From Welwitschia mirabilis (taxonomy: Eukaryota), in contig JBOZIK010000001.1 of the NCBI GenBank assembly GCA_051453625.1, forward strand, positions 26,442,144 to 26,506,143: a stretch of DNA of 64,000 nucleotides. The letters are read 5' to 3'. The translations under genes were made by a program, and so were the position numbers. The notes below the pieces were generated by a model, which was not told the DNA's origin, did no database searches, and saw only the letters and a program-made list of their open reading frames with translations. Below are positions 13,701 through 25,694 of this stretch, one piece after another; within the stretch, counting starts at the first letter, position 1; each line of letters starts with the position of its first letter.

Positions 13701-14830
13701 TTCACATGTTTTGTAAGGATGTATAAGATTCAACTTCTAAAATTAATGGAGATAGGCATTAAAACAGAATCAATGGAAAATGATCAACTCAACTCAGATG
13801 AGGATTACAGTTTAGAATTAATGGAGTTATTTAAAGAGGAGAAGAAATCAAACTAAGAAACATTAAAATATCTTTCATCAAATAATAAGAGCTTTCCTTT
13901 TTACAATCTTTCTAATGATCTTTTTTAGGAATCCACCATCTTAGAAAAAAACAAGGATCCTCAACAAAATGAAAAAGAAGAAAATAAAATAATCAATCAT
14001 GAAGAAGAGGGAGATATAATCAAAGAAGAAATTATTCAAATAAATAGTTCTCCAAATTACATTCTTGTCCTTAAAAATAATTAACCTCATCATATTGAGG
14101 ACTTAAGTTCAAAAATATCCCAACCTTTTCATTTGATAACTTCATGTGCAAAAAATAATATCTTTTTCTCATTTGCAAAGTCAACTTTACCATGTGCTTC
14201 CATTGATCATTCCTTTTCAAAACAAAATTTTGGATGTCTTGGAATTATTAATTGGGAAAAACCATACCTTTTTTATTCTAATCCATGTTTGAAATTAAAA
14301 GTCAAAGAGCTCTCAGGTATATAAAGCTTATCCTAATCTCTCATCTAGGAAGTTTTTCACAAATCGTTTGATCTCTTTTCACACCTACCATGTTCAATAT
14401 CAAGCTTTAAATGCAATTTATGCTTTAAATATTTTATATCATGAGTTTAATAAAAGATTGTTTTTTCATGAGTTGTATAAATTTCTCATCTATTATCTTG
14501 CTACTAACTTTAATGAAAACAAAATTTTATGTTCTTATTTGAAAAATCCTTGTCTTCTTAAGAATTCATATCTTAAATCAAATAATAGGAAACATTTTAG
14601 AGATCCTTGAAAATCTGATTGGAAACTTTGTTTGAGTTCCTTTTCACATGCCTTTCACAATGATGCCCAAGATACTGAAAATTCTCATAAGAGATCATTT
14701 TTCAATGGCACTTATCATTCTTTTATCTCTTATCTAAATTTTGACAATTATGCTATCAAGGCATTATCTTTTTATTCTTTTTTCTTACAATTGATTATAC
14801 TGTAAAATGAATGCATACCTTTGATGTTTT
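10730..14830 (+). pseudogene. Degenerate ORF of unknown function in pol-less family A element (acidic/Asn-rich middle, hydrophobic C-terminus), partly duplicated
   Basis: Fragments 11260-11457, 13178-13360, 13481-13726, 14133-14324 and 14368-14610. Homologous, frame-conserved sequence occurs at about 33280-34960. Confidence 0.45.
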
Positions 14831-17027
14831 ATCAATTGGTGAATATTTGGTTTAGGCCTTATTTTTCAAAAAATCTTGAAAACCATGTTTCTTTTTATTT
14901 CTTACTTTCTTTTTTAATAAAAGTATGAGTTATATTTTAGAAATTGAATAAAATTTATTTTCCTTAATTTTTTCTTTTTGGTTTTTATGATACTTTTGAT
15001 TTTTAATTTCTATTCTCTCTATTTTATCTTTTTTAATTTTAAATTCTATTTTAGTTTATACTTTTTATATTTTTGGTTCCCTTTGAATAATATGTCGTCT
15101 CTTATGTCATCCCCATGACAAGCTGGATGATAGCCTGTTTTCATAGTTTTCCAATTTCTTTTTTAATTTTATGTATTCTATTTCTTTTTCTATGTATGTC
15201 GTCCTCTTTATCGTATGAACGACGAGCATGACGATAGTCAAAAAAATGTTAATTTTTGTTTTTTGTTATTTTGAGAAAATATATTTTTCATGGCTCTGTT
15301 AAGATTTCTGACTTAACTTCTTGAGAATTACAAGAAGTAAATGGGCAAAAATTGGAATTTCATGAGCAAAACCATTAGAATTTTCTCTTAGCTTTCTCCT
15401 TTAAAAGATTATTATGGCATTACTTGATCATCTTATAAACTTGATTAATGTATTTATTTCAATAACTAGTCTTTTAACTTGGACATTTTTGTGGTAAGAT
15501 TGGATTCATTCAATCTTAGAACATTCACATGTTCATGAACTTGAATTGAGGGAAAATGCTTTATTTTTAAATGTTTTTCTCAATGATGAGAAGATCCTAG
15601 ATTGTTTAAGGGTGTTCTTTTCTATCTTAGTCTTATGACTTTTACCTTTGTCTTTTGGAATGTTTGGTTATTTAGAATTTTATTTTCTTTTAAAAAAAAA
15701 GTAAAATAAAGATTATGATATTTTATATCTTAACAACATGGTCATCATGATGTCTTACTGCAATTACACTAGGGCAAATATTTTCAAGAGGAGCCTTTGG
15801 TAGTGTAATAAGATAGCTATGAGAACTTAACTAGGAGGTCAGTTGGCCATGCTTGATGGGTTCTTACTTCTCTGACTATGGTTTCACTCCTCTCATCATG
15901 GATAATAAAGTCATTTACTAACTTTGAGGCTATGGATCAGTGGTGTTTCTGGTTTCATCAGAGACATTGCTTGTTTTTTAGACTCTTATTCTTTCCACAT
16001 GGTTATTTTATTTCTTTAGATTTGGGCATTTGTTATGAAATGATAGTAGAAGAGTTCATTTTTGAGAAATTCTTTGGTCTAATCATTTATTGTTTAAAAC
16101 ATATTATCGTAGCATTGCCATAATCACTACCTTATTCAATGGAACTTTTGTACATTAAGTCATGCATTTTTTACATTAAGTGATGTTATGATTTCTTTTA
16201 TAGGAATTTGCTATGTTAAATCTTAGATCGGTGAGCTATATTTTATTTATATTATCTTAGGGCCATTCTTCTTGTTTTTATTTTATGGTTTGGTTAGTTA
16301 TTTTAAATTCATTACCATATTTTCTTAGTAAGTTTTCCTTGTTCAGTTTTCAATAAAATGTTGATTTCTTGCATAGGAAATCTTTCTTAAAAAATTTTAT
16401 AGTTATTTTTAGATTTTTGGTGCTATAAGTACTGCTTATGTCCTTTTTTTGATGAAACATTTTTATTGTCCACTCTTTTTGTCAAAATATTTTATATCTT
16501 TATATTTTTTTAAATTTGACATTACTTAGCTTTATACTTTATTTTCAAACTTGTCCTTATTCTTACTATCTTTTACTTGCNNNNNNNNNNNNNNNNNNNN
16601 NNNNNNNNNNNNNNNNNNNNNNNNNNNNNNNNNNNNNNNNNNNNNNNNNNNNNNNNNNNNNNNNNNNNNNNNNNNNNNNNTGTACTTATTCTCACTATCT
16701 TTTACTTGCCTTCTCATTCCCATTTATTCACTTTGTTTTATTTTTCAATACGAGATGTATTACTTTTTCTTTGGGGTGACAGAGATCCATTTTCATAGCT
16801 CATTCTCATTTTTCAAAAATTTTTAACTTAATTCATAGCTTTTTATGATATAAAATTCTCAAAATTTTTATACACATTATGCATTACTTGTTATCTCTCC
16901 ATATGATGTATTTTATGATCCCGTTTTATGATTTTCAAATTTATCTTTTGAAAAATAAATTGGCATGCAATTATGGTTTTTTTACCTAGTTTTTGTCAGG
17001 AACTAACAAAGGCTAAGTGGAAGGTCA

Positions 17028-18095
17028 TGTTGCACTACTAATTTAAGGTTATTTAATGGGATTTTATGAGCTATTTTACAAGACTTTTATACAGCTTTAT
17101 ATGCAATTCTAAGGATTTTGAAGATACAGAAGAAAATCTTAGAAAAGTAAAATTCTTATCCAAATTTAATGCATTAGATGCACTTTCTGATGCATAGAGC
17201 TTTGAAGAAGGATTATTGATAAAATTGCTAGTTTCTTCTTAAGAAAATAATTAAAAAAAATCATTGTTTTCTTCATCATTCCCATGATAGGAAAGATGAT
17301 ACTCTATCAATGTGGACTCCTACGTCAGCATTTTAAGAATATTCTATAATGTACTATCATCCCATAGTCGTCTGGACAACAGCCCAGAAGACACTCTCAT
17401 ATTTAACTTAAATAAGATTCCCTTGACCATTTTGTCCATTTCTGAATCATTGATAAGCATGCCTAACTGTATAAAATATCTATTCTTATCTACTATATTT
17501 TCTTATAAATAAATCATTCTTTTTGACTTTTCTTATAATCTTGGTTGCACTGGACATTCTCGTGACAAGAGATCAAGGGGTGGAGATCTATCTTAAGTGT
17601 TGCAGAAAGATGTGCACTTGGTGGAGGGTTGTATATCTTCCATTGAGACCCGGCTATTTTGTAACCTAGATGAATGTTACTCTTTTAATATAAAATCTTG
17701 TTTTATTTTCATGTTTGTATTGTAGATCTTTTGATTACCCTTATAGTCTATGTTACCCTTGATCTTGTAATAATTTCTTAGGTGATATAGATTATCAAGG
17801 GTAGACTTTGTTAAGGCTTAAAGAAAGTAGTATTAAAATTCATTTTGTATTTACATTTATAATAGTCGCATTTTACATTTTACATTGTATCTTTATTTCC
17901 TTGCAATATTAGTTATTTTTTAGTTCCTTTTATTCTATAAAGAAATCTAAGTCTCATCTCATAGACTTCAATGAGATACGACATTTTGGGTCTACTCCCA
18001 TTATATTAGTGTATTGTATTATGTGAGATAATTATTATTTTATTATTGATAGAATTCTTTAAGCTTAAATACTCACATAAATACACACTGTAACA
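17028..18095 (+). repeat. Family A LTR flanked by PPT upstream and PBS-like site downstream
   Basis: GGCTAAGTGGAAGG precedes TGTTGCAC at 17028. The LTR ends CTGTAACA at 18095, followed by TTAGCACTATTATTGGAAAGG (decayed PBS) and leader sequence. Confidence 0.8.
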
Positions 18096-19172
18096 AATTA
18101 GCACTATTATTGGAAAGGCTATCAAGGAGTACAAGGTTGTTGTTGTTCAGATAAATATATCGACCTCTATCTATGCAGGGTTGTATTCTATTAAGAGCTA
18201 TAGGTTTTTTGTGTATTATTTTTTATTTTATTTTATTTTTTTAGGTTTTGATTTTCTTTTAAAAACTATGGTTGTCCCCTCTATCGTCCTCATAATAGTC
18301 AGGATGATAGTCTATTATTTTTTTGTTTTTGATTACTTNNNNNNNNNNNNNNNNNNNNNNNNNNNNNNNNNNNNNNNNNNNNNNNNNNNNNNNNNNNNNN
18401 NNNNNNNNNNNNNNNNNNNNNNNNNNNNNNNNNNNNNNACATTGTATCTTTATTTCCTTGCAATATTAGTTATTTTTTAGTTCCTCTTATTTTATAAAGA
18501 AATCTAAGTCTCATCTTATATTCAATGAGATACGACATTTTGGGTCTACTCCCATTATATTAGTGTATTGTATTGTGTGAGATAATTATTTATTTTATTA
18601 TTGATAGAATTATTTAAGCTTAAGCACTTACACAAATACATACTGCAACACTCGTTAATAGCCTTCCCTAATAATGACACCAATTTTTTGCAATGTATAT
18701 TTGTATAAGTGTTTATNNNNNNNNNNNNNNNNNNNNNNNNNNNNNNNNNNNNNNNNNNNNNNNNNNNNNNNNNNNNNNNNNNNNNNNNNNNNNNNNNNNN
18801 NNNNNNNNNNNNNNNNNNNNNNNNNNNNNNNNNNNNNNNNNNNNNNNNNNNNNNNNNNNNNNNNNNNNNNNNNNNNNNNNNNNNNNNNNNNNNNNNNNNN
18901 NNNNNNNNNNNNNNNNNNNNNNNNNNNNNNNNNNNNNNNNNNNNNNNNNNNNNNNNNNNNNNNNNNNNNNNNNNNNNNNNNNNNNNNNNNNNNNNNNNNN
19001 NNNNNNNNNNNNNNNNNNNNNNNNNNNNNNNNNNNNNNNNNNNNNNNNNNNNNNNNNNNNNNNNNNNNNNNNNNNNNNNNNNNNNNNNNNNNNNNNNNNN
19101 NNNNNNNNNNNNNNNNNNNNNNNNNNNNNNNNNNNNNNNNNNNNNNNNNNNNNNNNNNNNNNTTAATAGCCT

Positions 19173-19190
19173 TCCCTAACAATGACACCA
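19173..19190 (-). other. Primer binding site, Athila type
   Basis: TGGTGTCATTGTTAGGGA differs from the Athila-type PBS TGGCGCCGTTGCCGGGGA only by C>T and G>A transitions, and is adjacent to the LTR end. Confidence 0.7.
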
Positions 19191-19193
19191 ATT

Positions 19194-20251
19194 TTTTGCA
19201 ATGTATATTTGCATAAGTGTTTATATTCAAAGGGATTCTATCATTCATAATCTAAGATAGATTTATCACATAATACAACACATTGGTATGAGTTAAAGTT
19301 AATCCAAATGTCATATTATTATTAAATATCATAAGATAAGACTTAAATTGCTTTTTGTAAAGAAATTAAATGGGAACCAGAACTAAATAACAATCTAAGA
19401 AAATAAATATATAATTCAAATGAAAATGTAGTTTAACCTAAAAGCAAATGCTAATATATCTAAAATACTTTACTTTAGCCTTAATAAAGGCTACTCTTGA
19501 TGATCTATATCACCTAAGAAATAGTTACTATATCAAGGGCAATCATAAACCATAAGGGTCATTAGATAATCTAATATATAATAAAAAATAAACAAGTTTT
19601 ATATTAAGAAGAGTAATGGAGAATACATAACCCTCCATCAAGTAAATGTCTTTCTGCAACACTTAATATGGATTTTCTACCCTTCAATATTATGTTACGA
19701 GAATTTTCATTGTAATAAAGATTAGAAGAAGAGTCGAAGGAAGACTTATTTATAATAAAACATAGCAGAAAATGACAGAAGAAGGCACTTTAAAAATATG
19801 CTCTTTTACATAAACGAAATGGATGAAATAGTTAAGGGTCAACTATAAAAGTCAGTTACATGTCAAGGTCATCTTGACTATTATCCAGACAACATGAGGG
19901 ACGATAGCTCATTATAAAAGATGACTCAGAATGATGACTCAGCTATGATTCACCCATCCACATCAACAACTAATAATGTCATTGTCCTATCTGTCATGAG
20001 AAAGATAGAGGGATGACAATCTTGTTTCATTATTTTACAAAGAATAAACTAGACTTTCTATTAATAATCTTTTTCTAAGGCTCTATGTATCAAAATTTAC
20101 CTTAAAGTCATTAAATCTGGGTAATAATTACACATTTTTGAGATCTTATATTAGTTCTCCAAAATTATTAAATTTGCATCTAAACCTATGTAAATGTCTA
20201 CAAAATAGCTCATAAAATCCTATCAAATAACCACAAATTGATACTACAACA
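19194..20251 (-). repeat. Family A 5' LTR (minus strand)
   Basis: Reverse complement aligns by eye with 17028-18095. Terminal CTACAACA on + strand ends at 20251. Confidence 0.75.
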
Positions 20252-21271
20252 AGTTCTATTTCATAAATTTCTAGAAGTTGAAATGACAACAAGAATCATG
20301 TTAAGTGCTTTTTTCATATTTACATTTGCCTCGATTAGCTTAATCAATAAGGAATAGAATAAGAATTTGAATAGTATTTTATCCTCTTTCTTAGTACTTC
20401 AAGCTCTTGTACGCATTCCTATCTCACACATTTATCATCCTTGTAATTCTAAATTAGTAATTTCTGGCATTAAGTTTCTTCCATCTCGTGGTTAAGAAAA
20501 ATATCAAAGCCATAAGTTTGCATGAACAAGTGAACAAAATGTGCTAAAAATAAATAATAGACAAACTCATACTAGTATTTGAGCTAATCAAAATCTATCA
20601 TTGGCATTTTTGTTATTGGTTCACTTATCTATTTCTATGTATTATTTGGTAATCCTTCCATTTTAGTTGAGCATGTCTTCATGTAGTGATTAAATTATAC
20701 AAACATTAGTGGTGGATTCACAGTTTCAACACTCATCAGAAACATGATTTTTTTTTTTTTGTATTATAGAATTAAATAATTTTAGATTTGTATCTATTCC
20801 TTAGCCACAAACTCATTCAATGCTATTCTAGGACTAAGTTATATATGAATAACTTACTAGTGTGAAAGATATTTTTTAGATCCATATTTATTTAGGTGAT
20901 ACATGTACTCTATGGCTAGATAGTATAAAACCGTTAATTTTAATTACTTAAATTATTGACTATAAAGTTCTCTCAACAAATTTTATAAACTAATTAAGAA
21001 TTGTACTCCTAGGTAAATTCTATGAGCTAGTCTCAAGTGTTAAATTTTAATACCCTAATTAAAGAAAAACTTTTATTCATTCTAGTTAAATATTTCTTGG
21101 TTATGACTAAGAAAATTTTTGCCTAGTAAAATGTCTTTCAAATAGATATTTCTTGGTCATATTTTTTCAATATTTAAATATTTGAGTCTTACATTTTTAT
21201 TAGATTTTAATTAGAAAAACAAGCCTAGCTTTATCTTTAAACTTTAGTTGTTTATTTTTTTGGGTTTTACA
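20252..21271 (+). repeat. 3' portion of chromovirus 5' LTR
   Basis: Direct repeat of about 29335-30377. Ends TTTTACA, 3 nt before the PBS. Confidence 0.85.
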
Positions 21272-21274
21272 TTT

Positions 21275-21286
21275 TGGTATCAGAGC
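21275..21286 (+). other. Primer binding site (initiator tRNA-Met)
   Basis: Perfect TGGTATCAGAGC directly after the LTR end. Confidence 0.92.
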
Positions 21287-21444
21287 CTAGGTTTGCAAGT
21301 TCAATAGGTAAAATTTTGAATGATAATACCATGCATGAATCTTATTAATCACAAGTCTTCTTGGTATAGTTTCTATTTAAGTTATTGGCTATTATGAAAG
21401 TTGTAAATGGCAAGATCTGTAATTCAATTTCCATAGGAATAGTA

Positions 21445-24400
21445 TGGCTTGATGAACCAACCAACTGGAGTTACCACTCTAGTAGATGTTGTTAATGATC
21501 TAGTAGAAAAACTTTATAAATAAAATAATGGAAAGGAAAATGGTAAATCCCTTAAGAAGATGATGATGCAATTCAAAAGAATGAACCCCCCAACTTTTGA
21601 GGGTATTGATAACGTAATAGATGTAGAGGCATGATTAAGTTCTATTGAAAGAGAGTTGGATTTATTTAATTTTACCTCTGAATAAAAGGCATTGCTAGTG
21701 ACTCATCAACTTATACAAGAAGAAGCCTTATGATAGGATGCAGAAAAAATTAAAGCACCTCTCCCAATATCTATTTCTTAGGAAGAGTTTTAAGAAAGAT
21801 TTAAAGGTAGATACATATCAGAGTTTTTCTTGAATACAAAGGCTGACGAATTTTACAGTCTTAAAAAGGCCTTATGATGATAGCACAATGTGAGCATAAA
21901 TTCATGAAGCTCGTACAATATGTTCTTGAGCCTGTAGAAAGTGAAGAAGTTAAGTTCATAGATTCATGGTTGGGTTACATCCTATAATACAAAACCAAGT
22001 CAAGTTATTCCAATCTAAAGCCATTACAGAAGCTCTAGAAAAGGCTAGAATTAGTAAAGAATCTTATTCCTCAAATATAAATATTGATGAAAAAAGGAAG
22101 ATGCCTCATGAAAATAGAAGAATTCAATCATGGAGAAAATTATTTAATCAAAATATAGGTATGTCCAAAGGAAGAGCTAGAGTAAATATGGCTCTAATCA
22201 ATAATAATGTAACATTTCAACCGCAGGAAAGAACATAGATGCAACAAATTAAAGTAAGATACAGATTGGTAAGACCATTAAGAAATAACTAGCCTATTAA
22301 TCTCAGGAATGTAAAGTGCTTCTTTTACCAAGGATGTTATTATATCAAGGATTGCCCTTAAAAGAAGAAAAGAAAAGCCACTTCTACAGATGTTAGAAAG
22401 TTATATGCTTTAATATGTAGGGAAGGAATCCAACTAAAAGTAATTTTGCAAACTTCAAGTACTTTATTAAATTTTCATATGAAACATTTATTAGATATAA
22501 GTGCATCAGATTCCTTCATTTTCTACAAGATAGCTAAATAGATGTTTTTAGAACTTATGAAGGTTAGATAGTTGGTATTATAAATTCCATATGGTAAACA
22601 AATAAAAACAATTAGTGAAACTCCATGTATATGACAAATTGATAGTTTAAAATTTAGGATACAATTACTAGTTTTGGATTTGGGATATTTTAACATTATT
22701 TTAGAAATAAACTAGTTATAATAAAATAAGGCATATATAGATTACTATCATAGAAAGGTCTTAATAATAGATTATAGAGAGAAAAAAATAAGTTTTACCA
22801 ATTTTATTAGAACTAGTATTAGAACAACTAACAATCAAAAAAATAAATAAAAAGAGAAGTTAGGCATGAACAAGTATTTAAAATTATTAAGTTTAACCAT
22901 CCTCCTCAAAAGGAGTTGAATTTATTAGATATTCTAGTAGTTCAAGAATATTTACATGTCTTTTCAAATGAAATACTAAAATATCCATCAAAAAGAGTAT
23001 AATATTTTAAGATAACCCTTAAATAAGGATTAAAACCAATCTTAAGAGTGTCTTATAGAATACCTCATATGAAGTCAGTAGAACTACAAACATAGTTAAT
23101 AGCACTCCTAGATAAAGGGTTGATTAGAAAAAGTATTTCACCCAGAGGTGCATTAGTTTTATTTATCAAGAAGAAGGATGGTGGCTTAAGGTTGTGCATG
23201 GGTTACAGGATGTTAAATAAGATGATAATTAAAAATGGTTATCCTTTGAATAGGATAGAAGATATTTTTAATTAATTAAAGTTTGCTAAGTTTTTCTCAA
23301 AGATTGATATTAAGTTAGGTTATCACCAACTTACAATAGAAGAAGAAGATATATGCAAGATAGTATTTTGTATCAGGGATGGCCATTATTAATTTTGAGT
23401 AGTGCCATTTGAACTTACTAATTCACAAGCTACATTTATGACTATTATGAACAACGTTTTTTGAGCGTATCTAGAGGAAGTTCTAGTGGTATTATTGATG
23501 ATGTTTTGATATACTTAACAACCAAATAAGATCATGAAAAGCATCTACAAATAGTATTAAGAATAAATTAATTCTATGTTAATCCTTAAAAATGTGAATT
23601 TTGATTAACTAAGATTAAATTCTTAGATCATGTAATTTTTGAAGAAGGAATCGTTATGGACAATGATAAAGTGTAAGCAGTGGTAGAATGATCTAATCCA
23701 GAATCAGTGATATAAGTAAGAATATTTTTTGGTTTAGGTGGATATTATTAGATGTATATTTCAAAGGTTATCTCTTTGAGTGAACTATCTAATGTGATAA
23801 AGCACTTTGAAATTTGAAGGAGGCACTTGTATTTGCACTCATTTTAAAAATTGCAGAACTAGAAAAAACATATACCATTTATCATATGCTTCTATGGAAG
23901 GATTAGGAGTACTATTAATGTAGGAAGAAATATTTATTATTTATGAAACAAGACAATTAAAAAATTCATGAAAACACTATCCTATACATGACTTAGAACT
24001 AGTTGTTGTAATCACGCACTTAAAATTTGGAGACTCTACCTATATGAAGAAAGAATTAAAATTTGGATAGATTAAAAAGGCCTCAAATATATTTACACTT
24101 AACCTAACTTAAATTTAAGGTAAAGGAGATGGATATAATTTATATAGGATTTTGATTTAACAATAAACTGCCATGAAGAAACCACTGTTGTAGCTGATGC
24201 ATTAAGCAGAAGAAGACATTTCATTAATTAGATGAGTGCACAAAAGGATTTATATAAATTTATTTATGACTTGCAACAAGATTGTATTCTATGTAATAAG
24301 GTAAAGAAATAAGGGATTGAAGGATTTATAGTCTCAATCAATGAAATTGCTACTTTTCTAGGTAGAATTATAGATCAAAATGGAGAACAAGTAAAGTAAA

Positions 24401-25670
24401 TCATTTTCAAGGAATCATATGATACATGATATGCCATCCATCCAAGAGTTAAAAAAATATAAAAGGATATCAAATAAAATTTTTGATGGTTAACAATAAA
24501 GTCTAAGGGTATTGATTACATGGCAAAATGCATGATTTATCTGTTAGTCAAGGCTAAACATCAACATTCATTTAGAATTCTGTACCCTCATGATACTCCA
24601 AAGTGGAAATGAGAATTAGTTGGAATGGATTTCATTATAGGTCTACTAAAGTTAAAGGAGGGATATGATTTCATTATTATAATAATTGACCTCTTAACTA
24701 ACAGTGCATACTTCTATCCAGTAAAGACAACTAATTTAACTGAAAGAATTACAAGGAAATATGTTAAAAATGTAGTTAGATTACATGGGATGCCAAAAAG
24801 GATTATTTATGATAGAGATAGTAAGTTTATCTTAATATTTTAAACTTTATTTTATAAAGATTTGGGGACTAACTTAAAATTAAGCATAGACTTTTACCCT
24901 CAAATGGATGATCAAATAGAAAGAATGAAATAAATCTTAAAATATTTATTGAGATCTATAATTCTAGATTTTAGAGGATCTTGGATGGATCATTTGGTAC
25001 TAGTAGAATTCACATACAATAATATTCATTAAGAATCAATAGGTTGTGCACCTTTTAAAGCTCTATATGGTAGGAAATATAGAACACTTATGAGATGATT
25101 TGATTTAGTCAATAAGAGATTGTTAAGGGTTTCAGCTACTCAAGATCTAGAAGAAAAATTAAGATTGATTAGGAATAGATTAAAGATGGTAAAAGATAAA
25201 TAAGATAAGTATGTAAATCACTAGAGGAGGCATGTAGTATTATAAGAAGAAGATTACATTTACCTTAAATGCTCATCTTCTAAAGGAGTCTTTAGATTTA
25301 ACAATAATGAAAAAATAAGATTAATATTTATAGGTCCTTATCAAATCATTAAAAGAATTAGACCTATTTCTATGAGTTAGTCTCATTGCCTCATTTATCT
25401 ATGCTTTATAAGGTCTTTTATGTATCATTGTTGAGGATATGCTTATCTAAGGAATCAAAGATAATTTCCAATCAAGAAGTACATGTACTTTTAGATCATT
25501 TATTTAGAGCTTAATAAGTTAAAATCATAGATCAAAAGCAAATGATTTTATGAGGAAAACGTGTGCACCTATATAATGTTCAATGGTTAAATCAATCTAT
25601 AGAAGTAATATAGGAGATAAAATCAAATATTAATCAATGGATACCTAATATTTTAGTAAGTTTTAATGAC
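21445..25670 (+). pseudogene. gag-pol: Chromovirus gag-pol polyprotein pseudogene
   Basis: Gag QFKRMNPPTFEG...LSSIER (about 21565). Protease LLDISASDSFI (about 22490). [47 protein letters not shown] and IDDVLIY (about 23495). RNase H HEKHYPIHDLEL..HALKIWR. Integrase MDFIIGL, VRLHGMP..DRDSKF, PFKALYGR, GPYQII. Chromodomain-like KIIDQ..VQW (about 25520-25620). Numerous stops and frameshifts. Confidence 0.92.
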
Positions 25671-25680
25671 TAAACTTTTT

Positions 25681-25694
25681 AAAGAGGTGAAAAA
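25681..25694 (+). other. Polypurine tract of chromovirus
   Basis: AAAGAGGTGAAAAA after a T-run at the end of pol, followed by TATCAC (decayed TGTCAC LTR start). Confidence 0.6.

Larger units (their letters stand above)
8613..18650 (+). mobile_element. Pol-less family A element(s) nested in the leader of the minus-strand family A element
   Basis: LTR start TGTTGCACTACC at 8613 and LTR end ACTGCAACA at 18650. Flanks are CTTAT (8608-8612) and CTCGT (18651-18655), consistent with a decayed 5-bp TSD. No RT/INT motifs in the sequenced internal region (several gaps). Confidence 0.7.
2683..20251 (-). mobile_element. Athila-like family A element on minus strand (gag+protease only), interrupted by a nested element at 8613-18650 and cut at 2683
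   Basis: 5' LTR about 19194-20251 (reverse complement starts TGTTGTAGTATCAATTTG). PBS TGGTGTCATTGTTAGGGA at 19173-19190. The leader resumes at 8612. Gag/PR remnants at about 5000-8295. Region 2700-4100 is the reverse complement of the family A 3' region at about 15000-16400. Confidence 0.75.
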
